Shown piece after piece: positions 20,224-29,906 of a stretch of 64,000 bases of DNA. This DNA is from Candidatus Omnitrophota bacterium (GTDB lineage Bacteria; Omnitrophota; Gorgyraeia; Gygaellales; Profunditerraquicolaceae). How positions within the stretch are numbered: position 1 is the stretch's first letter; the number at the start of each line of letters is the position of its first letter. The notes under the pieces are model-generated. The model was not told where the DNA came from. It saw only the letters and a program-made list of their open reading frames with translations, and searched no databases. The DNA is taken from the NCBI GenBank assembly GCA_003598025.1, contig QZKH01000006.1, positions 44,035-108,034 of the forward strand. Direction: 5' to 3'. The position numbers and the translations under genes were made by a program.

Positions 20224-21393
20224 TCAGTGGCTATTGCCGGAAAAAAATTCTACTATAGCCTGTGCAGCTGTCTGGCTTGCCCCTTTATCTCCCAGTTTAA
20301 TTCTTAATTTAGCTAATTCATTTTTGATAGATGCAATTTTTTCTTTATCCCTAAGCAGGTCTATCGTGTATTCTGCGATTCTTTTAGGATCAGCCCTGTA
20401 CTGCAGGAATTCTTCAACGATTTTATTCTGAGCAACGACATTTACTAATCCGACATAAGGTATTTTAATTACTGACCTGATATAAAGCCATGTTAAGAAA
20501 GATACTTTATACAGTATTATCATCGGTATGCCTATAATAGCAGTCTCAAGCGTAGCCGTGCCCGATGCAACAAAAGCAAAATCGCTTACACTGAGCCCGT
20601 CGTAGAATCCATCACCGACTATTTTTACCTGCAGGCAGGAATCTCCAATTATTTTAGAAAATACTTCTTCTTTCACGGTAGGGGTTTTTAATATGAGGAA
20701 TTGCACATCATCTTTAGTTGCCCTGGATATCAATTCAGCGGATTTAAGCATTATCGGTAACAGTGTAGTGATCTCTTTTTGCCGGGAACCGGGCAGTAAT
20801 GCGATAGTCTTAATTTTGCCGTTTAAACCATATCTTTTTAGAATTTCTTCTTTATTATTTGTGCTTATTTTTATACTGTCAAGGAGGGGGTGACCTACGA
20901 ATCTTGCATTTACTCCGTTTTTCCTGTAAAGTGCTTCTTCAAACTCCAGAATTACAAGCATTAAGTCTATATTTTCACGGATCTGTTTTATTCTATCCTT
21001 GCCCCAGGCCCATATCTGCGGGCTTATGTAGTAGATTACAGGAATTTTTCTTTTTTTAAGTTCTTTAGCCAGCCTTAAATTAAATCCGGGATAATCTACG
21101 AGTATCGCAAGATCAGGATTACGTCTTTCGGTTTCTTTAAGTATGCCCGAAAATATATCCCTGAATTTTCCAATGTTTTTCAGGACTTCAAAAAGCCCGA
21201 CTACGGCAAGCTCAACCATATTGAAATACAGGTCTACTCCCTGGCCCTGCAGGTTTTCTCCTCCTAAGCCAAAGAAAGCCGAGTCCGGATAGAGCTTTTT
21301 TATCTCTTTGACGAGGTTAGCTGCATGCAGGTCCCCGGAAGCTTCGCCTGCGACTATTAGTATATTCTTTGTTTGCGCCATATTATTTTGCAT
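20224..21393 (-). CDS. lpxB: Lipid-A-disaccharide synthase.
   Basis: NILIVAGEASGDLHAANLVKEIKK...FFGLGGENLQ N-terminus typical of LpxB. GT19 length (389 aa). Start could be 12 nt downstream (21381). Confidence 0.85.
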   Translation of the reverse strand: MQNNMAQTKNILIVAGEASGDLHAANLVKEIKKLYPDSAFFGLGGENLQGQGVDLYFNMVELAVVGLFEVLKNIGKFRDIFSGILKETERRNPDLAILVDYPGFNLRLAKELKKRKIPVIYYISPQIWAWGKDRIKQIRENIDLMLVILEFEEALYRKNGVNARFVGHPLLDSIKISTNNKEEILKRYGLNGKIKTIALLPGSRQKEITTLLPIMLKSAELISRATKDDVQFLILKTPTVKEEVFSKIIGDSCLQVKIVGDGFYDGLSVSDFAFVASGTATLETAIIGIPMIILYKVSFLTWLYIRSVIKIPYVGLVNVVAQNKIVEEFLQYRADPKRIAEYTIDLLRDKEKIASIKNELAKLRIKLGDKGASQTAAQAIVEFFSGNSH

Positions 21394-22286
21394 ATCTGTA
21401 ATGCGATGGCAAGAGATGCTCGCGCTTCTTCGCCTGTGACAAGAGGCGGTTTACTCTGGATAATCGAATCAATGAAAGAGTTTAATTCCCGCTTTAACGG
21501 CTGTTCTTTTTCGATGGGAAGAGCTTCTTTGGTTATGCCCTGAGGCGTTTTTCTGTAAACAAAAGCTTCTTCGTGTTTATAATCAAGCGATATATAAGTA
21601 TTCTTAAGAAATATCCTGATTTTACGCAACCATTCATCTGAAACGCGGCTTGCAGTGAGGTTACAGACGCAGCCGTTTTTAAATTCTATTCTTGCATTGG
21701 CTATATCTTCGAATTTCGTAAGGACATTTATTCCCACCGCTTCCAGTTTCTTGACAGGAGAATTAACCAGCCCGAGCACGATGTCTAAGTCGTGGATCAT
21801 TAAATCCAATACTACGCCCACATCAAGGCTTCGGTTAGGGAAAGGGCTCAGCCTGTGGCATTCTATAAATTTAGGTTCATTTATTAATTTTTTGGTTGCG
21901 GCAAATGCGGAGTTGAACCTTTCTACGTGTCCTACCTGCAACAGGAGTTTTTTCTTTTTCGCAAGCCTTATTAATGCGTCAGCTTCCGGCAGGTTGGTAG
22001 TAAAAGGTTTTTCAACGAGGACGGGTATGCCATGGTTTAAAAGGTCAAAAGCGACTTTATAGTGCTGGTTTGTAGGTACGGCTACGCTTGCAGCATCAAT
22101 TTTGCCGAATAAGCTTTTATAATCTTGGGTCGTATATACTCCAAGTGCCGCTGATAACTCTGTTAAGCGGGTTTGGTTTATATCACAAATTGCCGTAAGC
22201 TCACACGAAGACAGTTCTTTATATAGTTTTGCGTGTATGCTGCCTAAATGACCGGCTCCGATAACCGCGACCCTTAATTTTCCCAT
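21357..22286 (-). CDS. Gfo/Idh/MocA family NAD(P)-dependent oxidoreductase. This type commonly accompanies lpxB in lipid A clusters.
   Basis: MGKLRVAVIGAGHLGSIHAKLY Rossmann N-terminus. EKP motif (LVEKPFT). Confidence 0.8.
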   Translation of the reverse strand: MGKLRVAVIGAGHLGSIHAKLYKELSSCELTAICDINQTRLTELSAALGVYTTQDYKSLFGKIDAASVAVPTNQHYKVAFDLLNHGIPVLVEKPFTTNLPEADALIRLAKKKKLLLQVGHVERFNSAFAATKKLINEPKFIECHRLSPFPNRSLDVGVVLDLMIHDLDIVLGLVNSPVKKLEAVGINVLTKFEDIANARIEFKNGCVCNLTASRVSDEWLRKIRIFLKNTYISLDYKHEEAFVYRKTPQGITKEALPIEKEQPLKRELNSFIDSIIQSKPPLVTGEEARASLAIALQICKIIWRKQRIY

Positions 22287-22332
22287 GAAAGAATAATAAC
22301 AGAGGAAGAGGATAGTTGCAATAAATTTTATT

Positions 22333-22477
22333 AGTTCATAGATAATAGTTCATAGATATGAGCGATTCATAATAGTTAACCAGGACCAAGTGTTATAACC
22401 AGAAGCCCGTATCAATGAACAATGAACCATCAACTATGAACTAATAACTATGATCTATGAACTAATAACTATGAACC
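22333..22477. repeat. Family-1 element, copy D (long; in the divergent promoter region between the Gfo/lpxB operon and the msbA-like gene).
   Basis: gttcatagataatagttcatagatatgag...cccgtatcaatgaacaatgaaccatcaactatgaactaataactatgatctatgaactaataactatgaacc. Confidence 0.8.
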
Positions 22478-22539
22478 AATTTATCTATTGCCCTTCTCCA
22501 AAACCTATGCTAAAATCAGCTTTTCGAAAGGAATAAAAG

Positions 22540-24330
22540 ATGAAGGAATACTTTAGGTTATTGAAATTTGTCAGGCCATATAGCGGGACCTTCGGCTTAG
22601 CTGCTTTTTGTATGGTAGTTTCGGCTATTTTTGACGGCGTGTCCCTAGCTATGGTTGTGCCTTTGGCGGATAAGGTGCTGACTAACAAAAAGATTATCAT
22701 ACCCAATAAGCTTCCTGATTTTTTATCTTCATTTGTTGATAAATTAAACTCCTTGCATCCGGAAATTCTCCTTAATTATATGGCAGTTGCGATATTGGCG
22801 CTATTCTTGTTTAAAGGGGTATTTTCCTTCCTGCAGAGTTATTTAATGTCCGATATAGGGCAGAAGGTAGTTAAGGACATAAGGGATAAACTCTACGCTA
22901 AGTTTCAGGTACTTTCACTGGATTATTATACTCATAAAAGGGCAGGAGAGCTTACCTCACGCATAACCAACGACGTAAAGCTGGTAGAAAATGCGGTATC
23001 TTATGGTTCTACGGACCTTGTTTATCAAACAGCGCAAGTTGTGTTGTTTACTTTGCTTATTTTCTTTATTCATGCGAAGCTGGCTCTTATTGCTTTTGTG
23101 CTTCTGCCCTTAATAAGCCTGCCGATAGTTAAAGTAGGCAGGGTTTTAAGAAAACTATCCAAGAAATCACAGGAAAAGATGGCTGATGTAAATTCTCTAC
23201 TTTATGAAACAATATCCGGTGTGCGCATAGTAAGAGCTTTTAATATGGAAGATTATGAGCTTAACCGTTTTAAGTCCGTAAACAGGGATTATTATAAAAT
23301 AACTATGAAGTCGATAAAGCGCACTCTTATTATCAGCCCGGTTACAGAGCTATTGGGAGGTTTAGCAGGTATAGGTGTGTTTTTCTGGGGAGGTAGAGAA
23401 GTTATCTCCGGCAGGCTTTCTTTTGGTGTCTTCGGGTTGTTCCTTGGCGCGCTATTATCATTAGTCAGGCCATTTAAGAAGCTTAGCCAGGTAAACTCAT
23501 TGAACCAGCAGGCTATTGCAGCAGGCGAGAGGATACATGAAGTATTAGATACGCTGCCGACTGTAAAAGAAGTTAAGGAGCCGCTATTCTTAGAAGAATT
23601 TAAAAGCAGCATTCTGTTTGAAGATATTTATTTTAATTACGGGGATAACCAGGTTTTAAAAGGGGTTAACTTGGAGGTAACCAAAGGGGAAGTTTTGGCA
23701 ATTGTAGGCCCCAGCGGCGTAGGCAAAAGTACGTTAGTAGACCTGATACCCAGATTCTACGACCCTTATAAAGGGAGGATTTTAATTGATGGGCGTGACA
23801 TGAGGGATTTTTCTATTAAATCTCTGCGCCAGAAGATAGGTATAGTGACTCAAGAGGTTATCCTGTTTAATGATACAATAAGGGCAAATATAGCTTATGG
23901 TCATCTGGATTCATCTGTAGAGAAAATCGAAAAGGCAGCCAAAGAGGCTTATGCCCATGATTTTATTGTTAAGCTTCCCTCCGGCTATGATACTGTTATT
24001 GGCGACAGGGGGACAAAATTGTCCGGAGGCGAGAGGCAGAGGATAGCTATCGCCAGGGCACTGCTTAAGAATCCGCCGATTTTAATACTCGATGAAGCCA
24101 CATCCCAGCTTGATTCTGAGTCAGAACGCATCGTTCAGGGTGCTTTAGACAGGCTTATTGAAGGCAGGACCGTATTCATTATAGCACACAGGCTTTCTAC
24201 GGTTAAAAACGCGCACAGGATAATAGTGCTTGATAAAGGCAGGATAATTGAGGAGGGTACGCATAGCCAGCTTATTGAAAAAGGCGGGTTATATAAGAGG
24301 TTATATGAGACCCAGGAGCTACAAAAATAG
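22540..24330 (+). CDS. ABC transporter permease/ATPase fusion, MsbA-like lipid exporter.
   Basis: Six-TM N-terminal domain. Walker A GPSGVGKST, ABC signature LSGGERQR and Walker B ILILDEATS. Divergent from the lpxB cluster. Confidence 0.85.
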   Translation: MKEYFRLLKFVRPYSGTFGLAAFCMVVSAIFDGVSLAMVVPLADKVLTNKKIIIPNKLPDFLSSFVDKLNSLHPEILLNYMAVAILALFLFKGVFSFLQSYLMSDIGQKVVKDIRDKLYAKFQVLSLDYYTHKRAGELTSRITNDVKLVENAVSYGSTDLVYQTAQVVLFTLLIFFIHAKLALIAFVLLPLISLPIVKVGRVLRKLSKKSQEKMADVNSLLYETISGVRIVRAFNMEDYELNRFKSVNRDYYKITMKSIKRTLIISPVTELLGGLAGIGVFFWGGREVISGRLSFGVFGLFLGALLSLVRPFKKLSQVNSLNQQAIAAGERIHEVLDTLPTVKEVKEPLFLEEFKSSILFEDIYFNYGDNQVLKGVNLEVTKGEVLAIVGPSGVGKSTLVDLIPRFYDPYKGRILIDGRDMRDFSIKSLRQKIGIVTQEVILFNDTIRANIAYGHLDSSVEKIEKAAKEAYAHDFIVKLPSGYDTVIGDRGTKLSGGERQRIAIARALLKNPPILILDEATSQLDSESERIVQGALDRLIEGRTVFIIAHRLSTVKNAHRIIVLDKGRIIEEGTHSQLIEKGGLYKRLYETQELQK

Positions 24331-24358
24331 TTGCAAACCGGAAATATTATGGTATAAT
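24331..24358 (+). promoter_or_regulatory. Candidate promoter (TTGCAA-16-TATAAT) for rpsB-tsf-pyrH-frr, giving a approx 220-nt leader.
   Basis: tagTTGCAAaccggaaatattatggTATAATttc. The -35 element overlaps the msbA-like stop codon. Confidence 0.45.
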
Positions 24359-24583
24359 TTCAAAACTAACCTTTATACATTCGCAACATGAAAACCGCAT
24401 ATTCCAAAGCGTAAATGGACAAAGGTAGCTCAGCATCAACCTTCAATATCTCGAGTTAGAATTCGAATTAATCGCAGGTTGATTCCAAAATAATTGAGGA
24501 ATATTAACATTCAATTCTGTTAACTTTAGTTAAAAAACAATAAAATTCAGCAGTTGACAGAGCAAAAAGGGAGGAAAATCAAA

Positions 24584-25465
24584 GTGCCTTCAGAGATAAT
24601 TAAACAATTGTTGGAAGCAGGAGTTCATTTTGGGCATAAGACGGCCAGGTGGAACCCCAAAATGAAGAAGTATATTTTTGGACAAAGGAGCGGTATTTAT
24701 ATCGTGGACCTGGAGAAGACCGAAGAATGCTTAAATAAAGCCAGGGATTTTCTTATCGAAGCTACTGCAAAGGGCCAAAGCGTCCTTTTTGTCGGTACAA
24801 AAAAGCAGGCCCAGGAGGTAGTCCAGCAGGAAGCAAAAAGATGCGGGATGTATTTTGTCACCGAGAGATGGCCCGGAGGGCTGCTTACTAATTTTGCCAC
24901 TATAAAGAAGAGCATCAAAAGGCTAAAAGACATAGAGAAGATGAAGGAAGACGGGACTTTTGAAAAGCTTACTAAGAAAGAAATAGCTCTCTTGCAGAAA
25001 GAGCTGGATAAGCTTAATAAGAATTTTTCTGGTATAGTACAGATGGAAAAGTTACCCGATGTCTTGTTTATAATCGATGCCAAAAAAGAAACGACGGCAG
25101 TAAACGAGGCATACAAGTTAGCTATACCAGTTGTAGGCCTTGTAGATACTAACTCCGACCCTACCAAAATCAGTTATCTTATTCCCGGCAATGACGATGC
25201 TACAAAAGCCATAGGCTTGGTTACCAGGCTGATAGCTGATAGTGTGATGGAAGGCAGGAAGAAATTCTTGTCGTATCTTTCCGAAGCAAGCATTAATTTG
25301 GGGCAGAAAGAGGAAAATGTTGACCTTTTGCCTGAAGAAAAAATTTTAATTGAAGAAATAGCAGAGCTTGCTAAAACTGACGATGAGGAAGAAGGCAAGC
25401 AGAAGAAGATGCGATTAAAGCAAGGCTTATCCGAAGAGAAACCAAAAATGAGAAAGAAAGGGTAA
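24584..25465 (+). CDS. rpsB: 30S ribosomal protein S2 with a charged C-terminal extension.
   Basis: LLEAGVHFGHKTARWNPKM is canonical. GTG at 24584 preferred (RBS AAAGGGAGG 9 nt upstream) over the annotated TTG at 24554. The Lys/Glu-rich tail (about the last 40 aa) is not in typical S2. Confidence 0.9.
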   Translation: MPSEIIKQLLEAGVHFGHKTARWNPKMKKYIFGQRSGIYIVDLEKTEECLNKARDFLIEATAKGQSVLFVGTKKQAQEVVQQEAKRCGMYFVTERWPGGLLTNFATIKKSIKRLKDIEKMKEDGTFEKLTKKEIALLQKELDKLNKNFSGIVQMEKLPDVLFIIDAKKETTAVNEAYKLAIPVVGLVDTNSDPTKISYLIPGNDDATKAIGLVTRLIADSVMEGRKKFLSYLSEASINLGQKEENVDLLPEEKILIEEIAELAKTDDEEEGKQKKMRLKQGLSEEKPKMRKKG

Positions 25466-25474
25466 TTTGGCACC

Positions 25475-25999
25475 ATGAATAAGAACCTAGTAGCCGTAAA
25501 GGAATTAAGGACTAAAACATCAGCCAGCATATCCGATTGCAAGAAGGCATTAGAAGATTCAGCCGGTAATATCGATAAAGCTATCGAATTATTGCGTAAG
25601 AGAGGACTTGAAATAGCTTCTAAAAAACAGGACAGGGTAACCAGAGAAGGAAGGGTGGAGGCTTACGTCCATCTGGGAAATAAAATAGGGGTATTGCTGG
25701 AAGTCAGTTGTGAGACTGATTTTGTTGCGCGTAACGAAGATTTTATTAAGTTTACCAAAGATGTTGCTATGCAGATTGCCGCTTGTAACCCTGCTTATAT
25801 CAAGAAAGAGGACGTTCCAAAAGATGTGCTTAAGCAGGAAAGCAAGCCGGATGAATTTTTAAAGTCCAGCTGCTTGCTTGAGCAACCGTTTATTAAAGAC
25901 GCATCTATGACTATAAATGATTATCTAGGCAGCTTGATCGGTAAAATCGGTGAAAACATTATTATCCGCAGGTTTATAAGATACAAAGTTGGAGAATGA
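25475..25999 (+). CDS. tsf: Elongation factor Ts (short form).
   Basis: [37 protein letters not shown] and [16 protein letters not shown] match EF-Ts. Confidence 0.85.
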   Translation: MNKNLVAVKELRTKTSASISDCKKALEDSAGNIDKAIELLRKRGLEIASKKQDRVTREGRVEAYVHLGNKIGVLLEVSCETDFVARNEDFIKFTKDVAMQIAACNPAYIKKEDVPKDVLKQESKPDEFLKSSCLLEQPFIKDASMTINDYLGSLIGKIGENIIIRRFIRYKVGE

Positions 26000-26721
26000 G
26001 TGCTCATCCGGTTTATAAAAGGATAGTCCTAAAGATAAGCGGTGAATTCCTGCAAGGTAAGAAATTGCACGGGATTGACCATTCTGTATTAGTTTCAATA
26101 GCCCACCAGATAAAAGAAATAAAAGATTTAAAAGTAGATATCGCCATAGTCCTGGGCGCAGGAAACATTTTCAGAGGACAGGAAAATACCGGGTCTCTTG
26201 GCCTTGCTATGGACAGGTCCGTAGCAGACTATATGGGGATGTTGGCCACGGTCATTAATGGCCTGGCCCTGCAGAATGTACTGGAAAAGATCAATGTTCC
26301 TACAAGAGTTATGACTGCGATAGAGATGCAGCGTGTTGCAGAGCCGTATATACGCAGAAGGGCGATCAGGCACCTGGAAAAAGGCAGGGTGGTTATATTT
26401 GTAGCAGGCACTGGCAATCCGTATTTCACTACCGATACCGCAGCCGCATTAAGGGCCGTAGAGATAAACGCAGATGCGCTGCTTAAAGCGACAAAAGTGG
26501 ATGGTATTTATTCTGCAGACCCGATGAGAGTAAAAGGGGCCAGAAAGTTCGCTTCTCTAAAATATATAGATGTATTAAAGAAGGGTTTAAAGGTTATGGA
26601 TGCTACGGCGATAACACTTTGCATGGATAATAAATTACCCATAGCTGTATTTAACCTGAGCAAAGGCGGAAATATTAAGAAAGTAGTTTTAGGAAGAAAC
26701 GTAGGTTCGCTGGTTAAGTAG
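25996..26721 (+). CDS. pyrH: UMP kinase.
   Basis: [11 protein letters not shown]-terminus and [17 protein letters not shown] motif. Confidence 0.9.
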   Translation: MSAHPVYKRIVLKISGEFLQGKKLHGIDHSVLVSIAHQIKEIKDLKVDIAIVLGAGNIFRGQENTGSLGLAMDRSVADYMGMLATVINGLALQNVLEKINVPTRVMTAIEMQRVAEPYIRRRAIRHLEKGRVVIFVAGTGNPYFTTDTAAALRAVEINADALLKATKVDGIYSADPMRVKGARKFASLKYIDVLKKGLKVMDATAITLCMDNKLPIAVFNLSKGGNIKKVVLGRNVGSLVK

Positions 26722-26748
26722 AATTTGCATTTAAAAGGAGGCGCAGGC

Positions 26749-27306
26749 ATGACTACTAAAGAAGTTTTGCACAATACAGAGGAGAAGATGAAAAAGGCTA
26801 TCGAATCTGTGCTTCGTGAATTTTCAGAAGTCAGGACCGGCAGGGCAAATCCGGGTTTAGTCGAAGGCATGCACATAGATTATTATGGGACACCTACGCT
26901 GTTAAAACAAATCGCCTCTATATCAGTTCCGGATCCGCACCTGATTACCATACAACCGTGGGACAAAAATGCTATACCTGAAATAGAAAAAGCAATCTTA
27001 AAGTCTAATCTCGGAGTCACCCCTTCTGTGGCTGATAATGTAGTCAGGCTGACTATCCCGCAGCTTTCCAGGGATAGGAGAGAAGAGATGGTTAAGCTCG
27101 TACATAAAATGTCCGAAGAGGGAAGAGTATCTTTAAGGACGATAAGGCGCGATGCAAAAGAGTCTTTAGAGAAACTTGAGAAGGACAAGGTAATATCTGA
27201 AGATGATAAATTCAGAAGTATAGACGAATTACAGAAGCTGGTCGATAGATATACAGCCAAAGTCGACGAGCTGCTAAAGAGTAAAGAAAAAGAAATTACT
27301 GGTTAA
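26749..27306 (+). CDS. frr: Ribosome recycling factor.
   Basis: TEEKMKKAIESVLREFSEVRTGRANPGLVEGMHIDYYGTPTLLKQIASI is canonical RRF. RBS AAAGGAGG 7 nt upstream of the ATG at 26749. Confidence 0.9.
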   Translation: MTTKEVLHNTEEKMKKAIESVLREFSEVRTGRANPGLVEGMHIDYYGTPTLLKQIASISVPDPHLITIQPWDKNAIPEIEKAILKSNLGVTPSVADNVVRLTIPQLSRDRREEMVKLVHKMSEEGRVSLRTIRRDAKESLEKLEKDKVISEDDKFRSIDELQKLVDRYTAKVDELLKSKEKEITG

Positions 27307-27316
27307 TAGTTTTTAT

Positions 27317-27336
27317 AGATTTGGGCCACTAGCTCA
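27317..27336 (+). repeat. 20-nt direct duplicate of the tRNA-Lys 5' end (AGATTTGGGCCACTAGCTCA); the second copy lies at 27398-27417 and begins the real tRNA.
   Basis: Exact 20/20 identity. The first copy is not followed by a foldable tRNA body. Confidence 0.7.
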
Positions 27337-27403
27337 CCCTTCGACTCAGCCGCCAGGGGCGGCTTCGCTCAGGGTTTTGCTAAGGGTTTGTAACACAAGA
27401 TTT

Positions 27404-27476
27404 GGGCCACTAGCTCATCCGGTAGAGCACCACCCTTTTAAGGTGGGTGTGCCGCGTTCGAGTCGCGGGTGGCTCA
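27404..27476 (+). tRNA. tRNA-Lys (anticodon UUU), no encoded CCA.
   Basis: Manual cloverleaf fold. Acceptor GGGCCAC/GTGGCTC (one G-U pair); D-arm GCTC-ATCCGGTA-GAGC; anticodon stem CCACC/GGTGG with loop CTTTTAA; T-arm CCGCG-TTCGAGT-CGCGG. Confidence 0.85.
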
Positions 27477-27675
27477 CGAATTCGCTGAAAGCGAATGAGT
27501 TCCGAGGCTCCTTCTTTGAGATTCAGAGACGAGGCAGTACAAAAAATCGAGTCCCGAGAACCCGTTGTTCTTACAATTTGGTGCGAGGGGAAAATAGATA
27601 CGGCATATCGTTTATTGCAGATAGATATAATTAATGACCGATAAGCGATAAGCTATAGGCGATATGCGAGATTAC

Positions 27676-27757
27676 GCGGACGTGGCGGAACTGGCATACG
27701 CGTATGGCTTAGGACCATATGGGGTAACCCTTGGGGGTTCAACTCCCTCCGTCCGCA
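27676..27757 (+). tRNA. tRNA-Leu (anticodon UAG), type II with long variable arm.
   Basis: Acceptor GCGGACG/CGTCCGC is perfect. Anticodon stem TATGG/CCATA with loop CTTAGGA. Variable hairpin GGGG-TAA-CCC. T-arm GGGGG-TTCAACT-CCCTC. Confidence 0.8.
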
Positions 27758-27792
27758 TATTTTGGATAAAGACTTTTTTTAAACTGAATCAC

Positions 27793-27865
<73 letters not shown>

Positions 27866-27910
27866 TAATTTTATCGAAAAGAACATTTTCTAAAAAGGAG
27901 AAAACAAAAT

Positions 27911-28381
27911 ATGAAGATAATGGATTTTCTGTCAAAGAAAGCAATTCTTACCGATATTAAATCGGCAAAGAAAGAAGATGTTATTAAGGAATTGGTAGAG
28001 CTATTAATTGAGTCTGGAGAAGTAGAGAAGCGGTCACGCAACAAGCTGGTTGAGGCCCTTATGGCCAGAGAATCACTGGGCTCAACCGCGATTGGCCAAG
28101 GTGTAGCCATACCTCATGCCAAATGCGATTGTGTGAATAAGCTCGTCGCCGCCTTTGGTTTATCTAAGAAAGGTGTTGATTTCGATTCTCTAGACGGAGA
28201 GCCGGCCTACATTTTTTTCTTATTAGTCGCCCCTCAAGATTCTGCCGGCCCACACCTGAAAGCGTTGGCAAGGATATCCAGGCTGCTTAAAGATAAGTAT
28301 TTCCGGGACAGCCTGCGTGTTTCTACAGACGATAAAGCCGTAATAAAAATCATTACCCAGGAAGATGAAAAAAAGATTTAA
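27911..28381 (+). CDS. ptsN: PTS EIIA component of the nitrogen-regulatory (EIIA-Ntr, PtsN-like) type.
   Basis: 156 aa. GVAIPHAKC active-site His region. Soluble, with no associated EIIB/EIIC. RBS AAAAGGAGAAAA upstream. Confidence 0.8.
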   Translation: MKIMDFLSKKAILTDIKSAKKEDVIKELVELLIESGEVEKRSRNKLVEALMARESLGSTAIGQGVAIPHAKCDCVNKLVAAFGLSKKGVDFDSLDGEPAYIFFLLVAPQDSAGPHLKALARISRLLKDKYFRDSLRVSTDDKAVIKIITQEDEKKI

Positions 28382-29630
28382 GGCCAGAATAAATAAATTT
28401 GAAGCGCTTTTTAAATGGCTTTATCCTGGCATAGGTATAAAGCGCTGGATCGGCTTGAGCGCATTCGGAGTTGTCCTTATAGCTATAGGTTCCAGCCTTT
28501 TGCACGGGCAGGAATACTTTATACTTAAGGCATTAGATGCAATAATACTTGCCTCCGGGATTATAGTCCTTATTTTAGGCATAAAGCAGATGATGCGTTC
28601 ATTTATAGTTGCTTTTATGCCTGCCTCCAAGACAAAGGATATCGTTGATATACTTTATCATAGCAAGCAGCTTTTAAGGGGCCCAAAGATAGTTGCTGTC
28701 GGAGGCGGGACGGGGCTATCAGTTCTTTTGAGCGGTTTAAAAGAATACACAGACCATATTACCGCTATTGTTACCGTTGCTGATGACGGAGGCTCTTCGG
28801 GAAGGCTAAGGCAGCAGTTTGATATATTGCCGCCGGGAGATATCAGGAACTGCCTTGTTGCTCTTTCGGATGTGCCGACGCTTATGAGGGATTTGTTTCA
28901 GTTCAGGTTTGATTCTAATTCTAACTCAGAGCTTGCAGGGCATAGCTTTGGGAATCTTTTTATAACAGTCATGACGCGCCTGACGGGTGATTTTGAAAAG
29001 GCGATAAAAGAGACGAGCAAAGTCCTGGCATTAAAAGGGCAGGTTATCCCTTCTACGTTAAGCAAGGTGGTATTGGTAGCCAAGCATAATGATGGTTCGG
29101 TTACCGAAGGGGAAGATAAAATACCAAAGGCCCATAAACCTATAAATAGGGTTTTGCTTAAGCCGGAAGAGCCGCAGGCAACACCCGATGCGATAAAGGC
29201 AATAAATGAGGCCCAGATAATAATATTAGGCCCGGGTTCTTTGTATACCAGTATAATCCCTAACCTTCTAATAAAAGAAATTACTGATGCAATAGTAAGC
29301 TCGGAAGCGATTAAAGTGTATGTTTGTAACGCCATGACTCAGCCGGGTGAAACTGACAATTTTAAGGTATCAGAACATATTAAAGTCCTGGTTAAACACA
29401 GTAATCCGAGGGTATTTGATTATTGTATTGTAAACACAGGCGAGATACCCCAGGAAGTGCTTGAACGTTATAAGAAAGAAAAATCAGTTCCGGTTGAAGT
29501 AGATACAGCCAGCATAGAAAATATGGGTTACAGGGTAGTTAAAGAAGATATTATAGTTACAGATAGCGTGATCAGGCACGACAGCGCAAAGCTGGCCAGG
29601 GTAATACTCAGTTTTATAGAAGAGGCTTAA
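28365..29630 (+). CDS. YvcK/CofD-family gluconeogenesis-factor-like protein (UPF0052), with an unusual N-terminal approx 90-aa hydrophobic extension if the first start is used.
   Basis: IVAVGGGTGLSVLLSGLK and ITAIVTVADDGGSSGRLR are the YvcK-family signatures. Start uncertain; internal Met codons exist around 28590-28600. Confidence 0.75.
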   Translation: MKKRFKARINKFEALFKWLYPGIGIKRWIGLSAFGVVLIAIGSSLLHGQEYFILKALDAIILASGIIVLILGIKQMMRSFIVAFMPASKTKDIVDILYHSKQLLRGPKIVAVGGGTGLSVLLSGLKEYTDHITAIVTVADDGGSSGRLRQQFDILPPGDIRNCLVALSDVPTLMRDLFQFRFDSNSNSELAGHSFGNLFITVMTRLTGDFEKAIKETSKVLALKGQVIPSTLSKVVLVAKHNDGSVTEGEDKIPKAHKPINRVLLKPEEPQATPDAIKAINEAQIIILGPGSLYTSIIPNLLIKEITDAIVSSEAIKVYVCNAMTQPGETDNFKVSEHIKVLVKHSNPRVFDYCIVNTGEIPQEVLERYKKEKSVPVEVDTASIENMGYRVVKEDIIVTDSVIRHDSAKLARVILSFIEEA

Positions 29631-29635
29631 AAACT

Positions 29636-29899
29636 ATGCCGTTAATTAAAAAAACCTTATTAGTCAAAAATAAATCCGGCCTGCATGCAAGGCCTGCAGC
29701 TTTGTTTGTCCAGATTGCCAATAAATTTGATTCCCGCATAACTGTAAGGCGCGACGAAGAGGAAGTCAACGGCAAGTCTATAATGGGTATCCTTATGCTG
29801 GGAGCGGAAAAAGGCAGCGAAATAATCATCGAGATTGATGGCGATGACGCAGAGATGGCCCTGGCTGAATTGGAAAAAATAATTAATTCTGAGGAGTAA
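29636..29899 (+). CDS. ptsH: Phosphocarrier protein HPr.
   Basis: 87 aa. NKSGLHARPAALFV carries the phospho-His15 motif. GKSIMGILMLG carries the Ser46 region. Confidence 0.85.
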   Translation: MPLIKKTLLVKNKSGLHARPAALFVQIANKFDSRITVRRDEEEVNGKSIMGILMLGAEKGSEIIIEIDGDDAEMALAELEKIINSEE

Positions 29900-29906
29900 T
29901 TAAAAG

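Noticed and set aside
27307-27420. An integrase or mobile element associated with the tRNA-Lys 5'-end duplication.
   Set aside because: No integrase, recombinase or phage gene is found within the window, and the flanking genes (frr, ptsN) are housekeeping. The duplication is kept only as a low-interest observation.
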